Below, in pieces: positions 41,992-52,850 of a stretch of DNA of 64,000 nucleotides (its first letter is position 1; every line of letters starts with the position of its first letter). The position numbers and the translations under genes are program-made. Source of the stretch: an uncultured cyanobacterium (lineage in GTDB: Bacteria; Cyanobacteriota; Cyanobacteriia; Cyanobacteriales; Nostocaceae); contig CAVUDP010000001.1 in assembly GCA_963740315.1 (NCBI GenBank), positions 864,001 through 928,000 on the forward strand, in the 5' to 3' direction. The notes beneath the pieces were generated by a model. The model was given only the letters and a program-made list of their open reading frames with translations. It was not told the DNA's origin and did not search any database.

Positions 41992-44238
41992 TCAATGATT
42001 CAAATCTTCCAAGGCTTCCACAGCCGATTTATATCTTTCCGAAGCATCATAGCGCACCATTTTATCTATAATTGCGGCAAGTTTATCGCTAACTTGCGCC
42101 CATTCGCGCCATTCTAAGTTTCCCGTATCCGGATTTGGCTGCAATTCCTGGGGAAGTAATCCGGTTATTGCTTGGATTGCGATCGCACCTAATGCGTAAA
42201 TATCGCTGCTGAGTCGGGGATGCCCCGCAAATTGTTCTGGTGGTGTATAACCCCGCGTACCAATGGCTACGGTAGCTAGTTCGGTTTGTTCTTTTGATTG
42301 CGGCTGCATTAATTTTACGGCACCAAAATCAATTAGCACCAGACGATTATCTTGATTGCATCTAATAATATTTGCGGGTTTAATATCGCGATGAATTACT
42401 TGGCGTTGATGAATAAATGTCAGAACTTCTAACAGTTCTTTGAGCATATCGATCGCATAAGATTCACTTTTTATATCCTGATGAGGTGGTAATTCTTTAG
42501 TTAAAGGATGTCCGGGAATAAATTGCTGTACTAAATAAAATTCTTGTTGTTCTTCAAAAAATGCGTATAATTCTGGTATTTGATTGTGTTGTCCTAAAAG
42601 TTCGAGAATTTCTGCTTCTGAGTCGAACAATCTTCTGGCAACTTGTAAAAATCTCGGATCTCTTCTAGCTGGCATTAATTGTTTTACCACACAAGTTGGT
42701 AAACCGGGGCGTTGCATATCTTTAGCCAAATAAGTGCAGCCAAAACCACCTTGAGCGAGAACTCTAGTTACTTTATAACGATTGCTAAGTAAGCAACTTG
42801 ACGGCGTAGAAACAGCAGCTAAAGGTTGTATTCGAGGTGCATCTTGAATACCCGTATCCTTTAAAAGTGTATTTAATTGTTCGATCGCTTCTTTCTGCTT
42901 TTCAACTTGTAAAACAATAATGTTCGTTTGTAATTGCGTTTGATAGCTCGTATAACCCAATACGCCCATAGCAGTAATAACTAATGCCAGGGCGGGAGGT
43001 ACTACAGGAACCCAACCAGCTTGTAAAATTATTAAGTAACAAATTCCCACTAAGCCAGCTACAGTTATACTAGATACTATTAATAAAAATACAGGTCTTC
43101 GCACTTTCCACGCTAAAACACCACCAAATAAAGACCAAACCCATATCCAGGCAAATTCCAGCCATTCGGGAAAGTACCAGATCGAAGGTCTTCCATCTAA
43201 CACTGAACTTATCATTTGGCTTGTTATTTGTGCGTGAATAAATACGCGAGGAATTGCTGACGGTTCTCTGAAAGTACTGTAAGGAGTACGCAATCCAGGA
43301 TCTTCACTGCGATCGCTAATACCAATAATTACCAAACGGTCTTTAATTAATTTAGGATTTACTTTATCTGTTAAAACCTGCGTTAAAGTAACAGTTGGAG
43401 CAACATTAAGATGATTGCGGTAGTTAATCAGAATTTGAGAACCACCATTATCAATATTTATGTAGCCACTAGAATTTTTTTGCAAGCGAGGGAAAAGTAC
43501 TTTACCTATATAAAAAACGTTATCTTTATCTTTATCTTTAATAAAACCAGGATCGAATTTTTCTAAATAATCCATTGCTAAAGTACTGGCAAAAGAGTAA
43601 CCTGTATTGCAACTACTATTTGGAAAAGGTGGAACTAAAAGTAAACCCCGGCGAACAACATTATCAATCTTATTATCGGGAATTAAATCGCTAAAACCTA
43701 TATTAGAACCGTTAGAAAAGTTGGGCGGTGGTGGTATTTCCGGTTGATAATCAGTCTTGAATACACAAGCAGCAATAATCTTTTCTTTCTTTATACCTGC
43801 GGCTAAATTAGTTTGTTGCGGACGTTTAATATTTAAACCAATAACACGCGGTTGATAAGACTTAAGCTTTTTTAATAGTTGATTAATAGTTTCATCGGGG
43901 AGTGGATTACCGTAGTTTTGCAAATCTTTTTGAGTTACAGTTACCAATAAAATCCGCTTATCGGGTGGTTCTGAAGGACGCAAAAGCATCATTTGATCGT
44001 AAGCACGTAACTCCCAGCGCTGCAACCATCCTAATTGCCGCACGCCTAACCCGAAAACAGTAATGCTTAAACTAGTAACAAAAATTGTTCGCCACCAGCT
44101 TGTAGAAGTCGAATCTTGAACAGAAATATTGCGATCGCTATCCGCGACTGGGGTAAGTTGATTGTCATGCCTTACCAACATACCCGGTTTATGATTTAAA
44201 AACGCAATACGGAAATTATCTAAAAGTCTCCTAATCAC
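41992..44238 (-). CDS. CHASE2-domain Ser/Thr protein kinase
   Basis: CHASE2 (ELRAYD, PRVIGL, HAQITSQ), 3 TM helices, GGFG, VVKQL, HRDIKPAN, DFG. Confidence 0.95.
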   Translation of the reverse strand: MIRRLLDNFRIAFLNHKPGMLVRHDNQLTPVADSDRNISVQDSTSTSWWRTIFVTSLSITVFGLGVRQLGWLQRWELRAYDQMMLLRPSEPPDKRILLVTVTQKDLQNYGNPLPDETINQLLKKLKSYQPRVIGLNIKRPQQTNLAAGIKKEKIIAACVFKTDYQPEIPPPPNFSNGSNIGFSDLIPDNKIDNVVRRGLLLVPPFPNSSCNTGYSFASTLAMDYLEKFDPGFIKDKDKDNVFYIGKVLFPRLQKNSSGYINIDNGGSQILINYRNHLNVAPTVTLTQVLTDKVNPKLIKDRLVIIGISDRSEDPGLRTPYSTFREPSAIPRVFIHAQITSQMISSVLDGRPSIWYFPEWLEFAWIWVWSLFGGVLAWKVRRPVFLLIVSSITVAGLVGICYLIILQAGWVPVVPPALALVITAMGVLGYTSYQTQLQTNIIVLQVEKQKEAIEQLNTLLKDTGIQDAPRIQPLAAVSTPSSCLLSNRYKVTRVLAQGGFGCTYLAKDMQRPGLPTCVVKQLMPARRDPRFLQVARRLFDSEAEILELLGQHNQIPELYAFFEEQQEFYLVQQFIPGHPLTKELPPHQDIKSESYAIDMLKELLEVLTFIHQRQVIHRDIKPANIIRCNQDNRLVLIDFGAVKLMQPQSKEQTELATVAIGTRGYTPPEQFAGHPRLSSDIYALGAIAIQAITGLLPQELQPNPDTGNLEWREWAQVSDKLAAIIDKMVRYDASERYKSAVEALEDLNH

Positions 44239-44353
44239 GGTACGGTTACAATAGCCTGAATTGGTAGATGTATATTTAAATATAGTTGAGGATGGGAAAT
44301 CAAGGAAAATATTCAGTTATAAGTTATACAATTTTACAAAAATTTTGAAGGTA

Positions 44354-44592
44354 GGGAGAGAGGGGGAGAGGGGGAGAGGGGGAAGAGGGGGAGATGGGGA
44401 GATGGGGAGATGGGGAGATGGGGAGTACTTCGACAAGCTCAGTAACCTTTGGGGAGATGGGGAGATGAGGAGACAAGGGGACAAGGGGACAAGGGGACAA
44501 GGGGACAAGGAGAAAGTATTAACTGCTAATTCCTAATTCCTAATTCCTAATTCCTAACTCATAACTTCTCACTCATAACTTCTCACTCCTAA
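44354..44592. repeat. STRR tract (GGGGAGAT, GGGGACAA, TAATTCC)
   Basis: Tandem repeats read directly. Confidence 0.9.
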
Positions 44593-44633
44593 CACGAAAA
44601 AATACATCCGTTTCTAAAATCTAATATTAATAA

Positions 44634-45548
44634 ATGCATCAAATTTCCGGACGCTGGCGTTTAGGGCTAGCATTGTCTTTGCTGACGGTTATGTTGTGGG
44701 GTGTTTTACCGATCGCCTTGTCGATAACGCTACAGCGATTGGATGTCTATACCTTAACTTGGTTTCGCTTTCTGGTATCTTTTTGTTTACTCGCTTGCTA
44801 TCTGAAGTGGCGCGGGAGTTTACCAACTGTTTCACAATTGCGTTCTACTAGATGGGCGCTGGTAGCCATTGCAACTATCTTTCTGGCGATGAACTATATT
44901 TTATTTGTCAAAGGTTTGGCTATTACTACCCCTGCAAACGCTCAAGTCCTGATTCAGTTAGCGCCTTTACTAATGGGCTTTGGAGGTTTAGCCATTTTTA
45001 AAGAACGCTATAACTTGTTTCAGTGGATTGGCATAAGTATTATTACTATCGGCTTTGTTTTATTTTTTAACGAACAATTATCTAATTTAATTACCGCACA
45101 AACAACCTATCTACTTGGTAGTGGTTTAATTGTACTAGCTGCGATTACTTGGTCTATTTATGCTTTAGCTCAAAAACAGCTTTTGCAAAGTTTATCTTCC
45201 GCTCATATTATGCTAATTATTTACGGAGGATGTGCTTTAATATTCACATTCTTTGCTAGTCCTGAAACAATTTTTACACTGAATTATTTACAAAGTATAA
45301 TGTTAATCTTTTGTGCTTTAAATACTTTAATTGCCTATGGTGCTTTTGCTGAAGCATTAGCACATTGGGAAGCATCGCGAGTTAGTGCTGTATTAGCTTT
45401 GACTCCTCTTGTAACATTATTATCATCGTGGCTTGTATCAGAAATATCACCAAATTTGATTGCTGCCGAACATTTTAGTTTGCTAGGAATAATCGGAGCT
45501 ATCTCAGTTGTATGTGGTTCTACGGCTATTGCATTAGGAAAAAGATAA
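44634..45548 (+). CDS. DMT/EamA family transporter
   Basis: About 10 TM helices, two EamA halves, AEALAHWEASRVSA. Confidence 0.92.
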   Translation: MHQISGRWRLGLALSLLTVMLWGVLPIALSITLQRLDVYTLTWFRFLVSFCLLACYLKWRGSLPTVSQLRSTRWALVAIATIFLAMNYILFVKGLAITTPANAQVLIQLAPLLMGFGGLAIFKERYNLFQWIGISIITIGFVLFFNEQLSNLITAQTTYLLGSGLIVLAAITWSIYALAQKQLLQSLSSAHIMLIIYGGCALIFTFFASPETIFTLNYLQSIMLIFCALNTLIAYGAFAEALAHWEASRVSAVLALTPLVTLLSSWLVSEISPNLIAAEHFSLLGIIGAISVVCGSTAIALGKR

Positions 45549-45875
45549 TAAGTTTCGATTTTATCCCGTGTTTTTACTGGTAGTTAAAATCAAGTTTATC
45601 ATTGCTTAAAAGTTTAATTTTATCTACTGAAGCAGATGTTGTTTTTATCTGCTATCATGTCATGGTGAACATCAAAAAATCATTTCAATTTATTTATTTG
45701 TAAGTAATTTGACTTACCTATAAATACGGTTGAAATGTAAAAGAGCATTCTACCTATCTACCTTGCTTCATTAAATCAATACATTATTAGTACGGTAACT
45801 AATATTTAATACAACCCAGGGTGTCTGAGCTACCAAATCTGCCGACGTTAAAGCACATTTTTTTGGCACTATCGA

Positions 45876-47558
45876 GTGATGAACAGCTTGTTTGGTAAAT
45901 GGACTGGCAACCTGAGAAAATCTTGGTTGTTGCTGGTTCTATCTGTACTTATATCTGTTTTTGGTATCAGTAATTATGCTCAGACTGCGGAAAGAATTTA
46001 TGCAACTTATTCAGCATTACAACGTTCTATTTCTATAACTGCTTTGTCCAAGTTCGCCGAAAGTGGCGAAGTTAGCGAAGATTTAGCGGTGTATGCACAG
46101 TATTTAAAACCGGAACAAATAGCAGAGCTAAGGCGAATTTTAACAACTCAGATAAAAGTACATCCCGTAGCGGTTTCGCAGTTTCTCTACACCTCACAAG
46201 GTGAATTTATGCTGCATCGGTTGGGGGAAGTAATTAAAACCGATAAGAGCGAAAGTAAGCCCACGTTTCATGCTTTGCGATCGGCTTTAATTTTAGCTGC
46301 CGATGAACCCGGAGGTTTAACTTTATTAAATATATTGCGGAAATATCCTAACTCCAGCATTCATATTGATTTAGCGCAAACTTTGAAAATTTCAGCCCAA
46401 TTACAAGCGCTGGTAAACGAAACAAATAAGGCTGTCGCGGCAGTTTCTGCTAAGTCTGATACGGAAGCTGCAATTCAAACAGTTAATATTAATAATTTGC
46501 CTACACTTAACCGTAGAGGAAAGTTTGTTGCGAGCAAGCAAACCCTAAAGTTTTTCGACGTTATCCGGGGAAGATTGCTAACAACTGACGTTTATCTTCC
46601 GAAAATTAGCTCTCCCGTACCCGTTATTGTAATTTCTCACGGTATAGGTACGGATAGCAGCAACTTTAGATATTTAGCCACTCGATTAGCAACAAATGGA
46701 TTCGCTGTGGTTGTTCCCAACCATCCTGGTAGCGACACCAAACAAATAAAAGCCTTATTGAATGGAAGCGCCTCACAAGTCGCACAGCCTGAAGAATTTA
46801 TTAATCGTCCCTTGGATGTTAAATTTGTCCTGGATGAATTAGAGAAGCTCAATAATACCGATCCCCGCTTTCAGAAACGTCTGGATTTACAGCAAGTAGG
46901 TGTATTTGGACAGTCTTTCGGTGGCTATACAGCTTTAGCTTTAGCGGGTGCAAAAATTAACTTGCAGAAAGTAGACAGAGACTGCAACCAAGATGCTTTA
47001 AAACAAACTTGGAATATGTCTTTATTACTGCAATGTCAAGTACGGGAATTGCATATAAACAAATCAAAAGAATATAACTTTTACGACTCTAGAGTTAAAG
47101 CTGCGATCGCAGTCAATCCGATCGCTAGCAGCATCTTTGGGAAAACTGGCTTAAGTGAAATTAAAACTCCAGTAATGATGGTAACAAGCAGCGAAGATAC
47201 GGTTGCACCGGCTTTATACGAACAAATTCTGCCTTTTTCCTGGATTCCAAATCCGCAAAAGTATTTAGTGCAGCTTGAAGGTGCAACTCACTTTTCTGCT
47301 ATTGGCGATGGAAAAGGTAGTTCCGAACAAGTTGGATTACCCTCAAAATTGATTGGAGACAATCCAAAACAGGCACAGACTTACATCAAGATTTTGAGTT
47401 TACCTTTCTTCCAAACCTATGTATCGGGGAACTCCCAATATCGTCCCTATCTCACCGCAGCTTACGCAGAAAGCATTTCTACAAAGTCCATGAATTTGAG
47501 TCTGATTAAGAACTTAACCACTACCGAAATTGCAAAGGCAGTGAACGGTGAGCAGTGA
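45876..47558 (+). CDS. DUF1400 alpha/beta hydrolase
   Basis: ALRSALILAA, VISHG, GQSFGG nucleophile elbow, THFS. Confidence 0.9.
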   Translation: MMNSLFGKWTGNLRKSWLLLVLSVLISVFGISNYAQTAERIYATYSALQRSISITALSKFAESGEVSEDLAVYAQYLKPEQIAELRRILTTQIKVHPVAVSQFLYTSQGEFMLHRLGEVIKTDKSESKPTFHALRSALILAADEPGGLTLLNILRKYPNSSIHIDLAQTLKISAQLQALVNETNKAVAAVSAKSDTEAAIQTVNINNLPTLNRRGKFVASKQTLKFFDVIRGRLLTTDVYLPKISSPVPVIVISHGIGTDSSNFRYLATRLATNGFAVVVPNHPGSDTKQIKALLNGSASQVAQPEEFINRPLDVKFVLDELEKLNNTDPRFQKRLDLQQVGVFGQSFGGYTALALAGAKINLQKVDRDCNQDALKQTWNMSLLLQCQVRELHINKSKEYNFYDSRVKAAIAVNPIASSIFGKTGLSEIKTPVMMVTSSEDTVAPALYEQILPFSWIPNPQKYLVQLEGATHFSAIGDGKGSSEQVGLPSKLIGDNPKQAQTYIKILSLPFFQTYVSGNSQYRPYLTAAYAESISTKSMNLSLIKNLTTTEIAKAVNGEQ

Positions 47559-47769
47559 GCAGTTAACAGTTAGCAGTTAGCAGTGGTTCTTAAGGGCTGT
47601 TATACGAGATTTTCGAGACTAATTTGGGGGACGGAAACCGACACCCCCCAACTAGACTCACTACCGCAAAGTGAGCTAAATTCGGCGCATCATTATAAAG
47701 AAATGGGATTTTAAAATTTCACTGTAAATATAGTCAGATATAGACAAATATACTCCCATAGAAATATTT

Positions 47770-47821
47770 TTGACTAATTCACAGGCAATGGTATGATTAA
47801 AAATATCAGTACAATAGTATT
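47770..47821 (+). promoter_or_regulatory. Sigma70-like promoter with a downstream LexA-like box for tnpB
   Basis: TTGACT-N16-TATGAT with TG extended -10; AGTACAATAGTATT at 47808-47821. Confidence 0.45.
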
Positions 47822-47831
47822 GCTTAAAATT

Positions 47832-49039
47832 ATGCATCTGGTTGAAAAGCACGTAATTAATCGAAATCACCTCTATTTCAAAGAAATAGATAATTTGTGT
47901 TTTTTAGCAAAGAATCTGTATAACGCAGCCAACTATGTAATCAGGCAAAGCTTTATTTTTGAGAAAAAATATCTATCATATAATGCCGTTCAAAAACTGA
48001 TGACAAGCAGTACCGATTATAAAGCCTTACCTGCAAAAGTATCACAACAGATTCTGATGCGCTTGCATGAAGCATGGCAGGGCTTTTTTGCAACGATAGC
48101 TTGTTATAAAGAAAATCCCCAAAAATTCTTTACAAAACCACGAATACCAAAATATTTGCATAAAACGGAGGGTCGTTTTCCATCTATTTACACAACTCAG
48201 GCAATAAGTAAAAAATATCTCAAATATTCGCAAATTAATCCATCTAAAACAAAAATATTCATTAATACAAATGTATCTCAAATACGTCAAGTAAGATTAG
48301 TTCCTAAAGCCGGTTATTATGTATTTGAAGTGGTTTACGAACGAGTTGAAATCACTGATAGTTCTAATAGTGATAATATTGCCGGAATTGATATTGGCTT
48401 GAATAACTTAGCGGCTGTAACAGCGAACAGTGCCATGTTTCAACCAATACTTGTAAATGGTAAACCATTAAAAAAAATAAATGCTTTTTACCACAAAAAA
48501 CGTAGTAACTTACAATCTCGATTACCAAACAAACAAAAAACATCTTTAAAAATTAAAGACTTGAATCGGAAGAGAAATTTTAAGATTGATGATTATCTTC
48601 ATAAAGCAAGTCGTTTAGTAATTGATTACTTGGCAGCAAACCGAATCGGGACACTAGTAATCGGTCATAACAAAAAATGGAAACAATCAATCAATCTTGG
48701 CAAACGTACCAATCAGAATTTTGTATCAATACCGTTTTCCCGATTTATTTTAATGCTTAAATATAAAGCAGAATTAATTGGGATAAAAGTAATGATTACA
48801 GAGGAAAGCTATACTTCCAAATGCTCGTTTGTTGATGATGAAACTTTGTGTAAGCAATCAACTTAACTTATAGAGGTAAAAGAGTTAAACGTGGATTATT
48901 TCGTAGTCAGTCCGGGATGTTAATAAATGCTGACTGTAATGGTAGCGGCAATATTATCAGAAAAGTAGTCCCCAATGCTTTTGTTGAGGGGATACAGGGG
49001 GTTGTAGTTCCTCCGGTGAGAATTACTCCTCACTTCTAG
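47832..49039 (+). pseudogene. tnpB: IS200/IS605-family RNA-guided nuclease TnpB, frameshifted
   Basis: KNLYNAAN, GIDIGLNNL (RuvC-I), EESYTSK; after the ACTTA duplication at 48861-48870 another frame continues YRGKRVKRGLF..INADCNGSGNIIRK to TAG at 49039; no tnpA. Confidence 0.92.
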
Positions 49040-49154
49040 GAGTTTTATTGTCGATGTTATATTTGACTATAAAATTTACAACTATTAGCAGTTATTATTT
49101 AAAAGAAGTGAATACTGTTCACTGCTAACTGCTCACTGTTAACTGTTAACTGAT

Positions 49155-50030
49155 TTGTTTGGTTTTTTAAATCTCGATAAACCTTTTGATTGGACTTCTC
49201 ACGATTGCGTAGCGAAAACGCGCAAACTCTTGCGTATCAAACGCATCGGACATGCGGGAACTTTAGATCCAACTGCTACGGGTGTTTTACCGATCGCCAT
49301 TGGTAAAGCAACTCGTTTGTTACAGTATCTTCCTACTGATAAAGCTTACAAGGCTACGATTCGGTTGGGGGTGCAAACTACAACTGATGATTTAGAAGGG
49401 GAAGTAATCGATCGAAAGTCTGCAACTGAATTGGATTTGGCAACCGTAAAAACGGCGCTGAAGCAGTTTACTGGTAAAATTGAGCAAATTCCTCCGAGTT
49501 ACAGCGCTATTCAAGTTGATGGCAAACGACTTTACGATTTAGCACGCAAAGGTGAGAAAGTTGAAGCACCAGTGCGGAATGTAGAAGTATTTAATATTGA
49601 TATTTTAGATTGGCGAGATGGTGAATTCCCCGAATTAGATGTAAATATAGCTTGCGGTGGGGGAACTTATATTAGGGCGATCGCTCGCGATTTGGGTGCG
49701 GTGTTAGAAACGGGTGGAACTCTCTCCGCTTTGCAGCGTACCGTAAGTAGCGGTTTTAATTTAACAGATAGCATTACTTTGACTAAGTTGGAAGCATCTT
49801 TAGAAACGGGATTTGAACCGATGGCTGCCGATGCGCCCTTACAGCATCTTCCTGAAATAACTTTAGCTGAAACAGAAGCGCGGAGATGGTGCCAGGGTCA
49901 GAAAATTTGCGTAGATAGTCAGGTATTAGAAATATCAAGGATTTATAACGAAGAAAGGCTTTTTTTAGGAATTGCTGAATTGAAAGAAAATTTATTAATT
50001 CCGCGAATGGTATTAGAAGCGGTTTCTTGA
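49155..50030 (+). CDS. truB: tRNA pseudouridine(55) synthase
   Basis: [33 protein letters not shown]. Confidence 0.97.
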   Translation: MFGFLNLDKPFDWTSHDCVAKTRKLLRIKRIGHAGTLDPTATGVLPIAIGKATRLLQYLPTDKAYKATIRLGVQTTTDDLEGEVIDRKSATELDLATVKTALKQFTGKIEQIPPSYSAIQVDGKRLYDLARKGEKVEAPVRNVEVFNIDILDWRDGEFPELDVNIACGGGTYIRAIARDLGAVLETGGTLSALQRTVSSGFNLTDSITLTKLEASLETGFEPMAADAPLQHLPEITLAETEARRWCQGQKICVDSQVLEISRIYNEERLFLGIAELKENLLIPRMVLEAVS

Positions 50031-50089
50031 AAAAGGTTCGTAGTAAGGGCTTTAGCCCTTCGATGCGAGGATTTTAATCGTTAGATGGG

Positions 50090-50222
50090 GGCGTTGCTGA
50101 GTTGAAATATGAAAATGTGATTTCACATTGAAACAGATGTAGCACAGAATAGTCTCTACACAGGTTTCATATTTAATACAAAATGTAAATAAACATAATT
50201 CATTACTCAATTCAGCAACGCC
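50090..50222. mobile_element. 133-bp MITE with GGCGTTGCTGA TIRs and 8-bp target duplication
   Basis: TAGATGGG on both sides (50082-50089, 50223-50230); TIRs GGCGTTGCTGAGTTGA/TCAATTCAGCAACGCC. Confidence 0.85.
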
Positions 50223-50286
50223 TAGATGGGGAAGTTAAAACTCTTACTACGAACTTTTATTACTCCTCAAAACGGGTGGGGACACA

Positions 50287-50541
50287 CTAGTAGTCTGTCC
50301 CCAGCCGTTTTAAAGGGTTTGTAGTAAGGGCATCGGTTCCCCAATCCGGAGGGACTGAAGTCCTTACTACGAACCTTTTTAGCCATCAGAATTAATGTGG
50401 TGGAGTACTAGTATTCCACCACATAAGTTATGAGGGGTACTTCCTCAGTCCTCTTAAGAGGACTTTCGCTATTAGACAGGGACTTGCAGTCCCTGGCGGG
50501 TTGAATGCCCACCCGGCAAAATTAATGTGGCGAACTACTAG
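50287..50541. mobile_element. Two adjacent CTAG-bounded MITE-like elements sharing the CTAG at 50408
   Basis: CTAGTAGT..GTACTAG, then CTAGTATT..ACTACTAG; both have AATTAATGTGG near the right end. Confidence 0.65.
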
Positions 50542-50558
50542 GAAGCAATCACCCACTA

Positions 50559-52850
50559 TTAAGCAATACTGTTAATTTTAATCACAATATCGTTGAAATC
50601 TTTATCACCACCGTTTGGTAAATCCTCAAAACCGAAGGTGTTATCATCCAACAACTTAATGTGGTCAAAGTTCCCGTTATCGGTATTAGCACCCAAGTAT
50701 GAGAAGTAAACGGATGCTTCACCACTCAATGCTTGAGTCAAATTACCATCAGCGATAATTAGAGGAACTACTATAGAGCCAGCGTCAAATTCAAGACTTC
50801 CGGTTTCTGTATTATCATCGCTGGTGGAGAATACTGAAGAAACTAAGTTGTTTAAAGCAGCTTGTAGATATCCGCCCTCACCAACCGCTACACCGCCAAC
50901 AGTACCAGTAATATCATCAACTTTGTAGAAATAAACTTGATTGTCGAAGTCAGCTTCTCTGCTGATGGTGTAATCTACAGTGACTTTATCGGTAGCGAAA
51001 CCAGTTAAGTCAATCGCTTCAACTGTAGTTCCATTAACATCCTGAGTGAAGATGGGATTTTGTACAACAGGTATAAACACCTCACTAATAGCGCGATCGG
51101 CTTGAATTAAACCATATCCAGTTGCATCGTCAAAACCGACATCAAATCCTGGAGTTGATGGATCGTCCATATCTAATGCTGTATTTTCCAAGGCTGTATA
51201 AATATCAGCAGGATTTTTACCTGGAGCCGCTTCAAGCATTAAAGCCGCTACTGCTGCTGCATGGGGAGCCGCTGCCGATGTCCCGAAGAAATTAGGAAAT
51301 CCATCTCCATCTGTATCTTCCCCAAAGAATGTGGTGTTGGTTCCATCTGGGGCGACAATTTCAGGTTTTTGGCGCAGTTCTAAGGTTGGTGTACCATCAG
51401 TTTCAAACAGGATGGGTGTAGGTCCGGGTGAAGAGAAGTCCTCTAAGACAGCCGGATCGGTACCAAACCTCGGCGTATCCTGATAAAATGCTGCCCCAAC
51501 AGCCTGAGCGCCATTGGCATTGGCATGACCGTAAAGTGTTCCACTGGCAGTATCGAACTCGTTAATGGTGATATTTCTATCAAATATCACGTATTTCATC
51601 AAATCAGGGTTAGGACCATCGAAATTAGAAATGGCGATGTTGAACTGGTCTGTCCCAAAGCTTCCATCGTTGAAGAATGACAAAGATTCTACGGGATCGG
51701 CACCAATATTAAAGTCTCTACTACCAGCTAAGACACTGTTTCCAGTACTATCAAATACAAAAATGTCTAAATCGTTAGGAGAACCAGCACCACCACTAAC
51801 TGAGAAGAAGGGCGAATCCCACTGAAAAGACATACTAAATCCGCTGTCAACAGGAATCGTGATGCTTTGCAAAACATCTACACCTGCACCAGGATCGAAA
51901 TCATGAAATTCACCAAGACTGGATACTTCACCGCTAGGATTAAAAGCACTTTCGTAGGCATCACGACCGTTGTTTCCAGCAGAAGAGAAATAGGAAACTC
52001 CATTCCCCACTACAGTATCTACAGCTTGAGCAATAATGCCATCCTGGAACATTGGTTCGTCAAAATAAATAATGTCATCCACGATGACATCAGATCCAGC
52101 TTCATTTGCTAGGTTAATAATGCCATTAGCAAAATTAGCCTGACCTCCATTAGCTGTATGAAATGCTAATTTAGCACCAGGTGCAACGTCATGCACTAAT
52201 TGAAGCATCGCACGACCTTCATCAATATTGCCACTTGCACTTGAATCTGCAAGCACGTTAACTGGTATCGTATTACCTAAAGGATTACCAGCGCCAGGTA
52301 AGTCGCCGCTAGCAACATCGGCAGATGCTCCACCTAAATCATCGTAACTATCAGACAGCACACCTACGGTAACTCCAGTCCCATCTACACCAAAGCTACT
52401 ACGAGCAATGTCAGCATTCATCGCTGCATCAGCTTGACTGGTAGTAGATCCGACATTAGTTATTGAAATGGCTGGTTTTGCAAATTTGAGGCTACCTAGA
52501 TTAGCTAATTCATCAATAGATTCAATCGGAAATAAGCCAGAAACAATGGAGCCAAAACTAGATGCATTTTGCATTCCTAACTTTTGCAAATCGGCAAGTA
52601 AAGTCTCAACATCCTCTACAGCCACCGCATCAATGACTACTAAATTACCCTCCATTAATGATAGATTGCTCGATTGTAAAAGAGCTTCATCTTCATCGTT
52701 TTGCTTTAAATTCGATTCATATTCTTTTTGGAGCGAAATTAAATCAAAGCCTAACTTTTTGACCTTTGGATCTTTTTTATCAAGTAGACTGAAAGAATCT
52801 CCTAAAATTAATGGGTTAGAGGAAATAGAAGTAGAATTATTAGTTGTCAT
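50559..52850 (-). CDS. Subtilase-fold (S8/S53-like) serine peptidase with C-terminal DUF4114
   Basis: GVTVGVLSDS, DEGRAM, SAGN, KPEIVAPDG, FFGTSAAAPH; FGFEDL.GGDKDFND. Confidence 0.88.
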   Translation of the reverse strand: MTTNNSTSISSNPLILGDSFSLLDKKDPKVKKLGFDLISLQKEYESNLKQNDEDEALLQSSNLSLMEGNLVVIDAVAVEDVETLLADLQKLGMQNASSFGSIVSGLFPIESIDELANLGSLKFAKPAISITNVGSTTSQADAAMNADIARSSFGVDGTGVTVGVLSDSYDDLGGASADVASGDLPGAGNPLGNTIPVNVLADSSASGNIDEGRAMLQLVHDVAPGAKLAFHTANGGQANFANGIINLANEAGSDVIVDDIIYFDEPMFQDGIIAQAVDTVVGNGVSYFSSAGNNGRDAYESAFNPSGEVSSLGEFHDFDPGAGVDVLQSITIPVDSGFSMSFQWDSPFFSVSGGAGSPNDLDIFVFDSTGNSVLAGSRDFNIGADPVESLSFFNDGSFGTDQFNIAISNFDGPNPDLMKYVIFDRNITINEFDTASGTLYGHANANGAQAVGAAFYQDTPRFGTDPAVLEDFSSPGPTPILFETDGTPTLELRQKPEIVAPDGTNTTFFGEDTDGDGFPNFFGTSAAAPHAAAVAALMLEAAPGKNPADIYTALENTALDMDDPSTPGFDVGFDDATGYGLIQADRAISEVFIPVVQNPIFTQDVNGTTVEAIDLTGFATDKVTVDYTISREADFDNQVYFYKVDDITGTVGGVAVGEGGYLQAALNNLVSSVFSTSDDNTETGSLEFDAGSIVVPLIIADGNLTQALSGEASVYFSYLGANTDNGNFDHIKLLDDNTFGFEDLPNGGDKDFNDIVIKINSIA

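Noticed and set aside
47832..49039. Cas12f/type V CRISPR effector
   Set aside because: No array or cas genes; size and motifs fit ordinary TnpB
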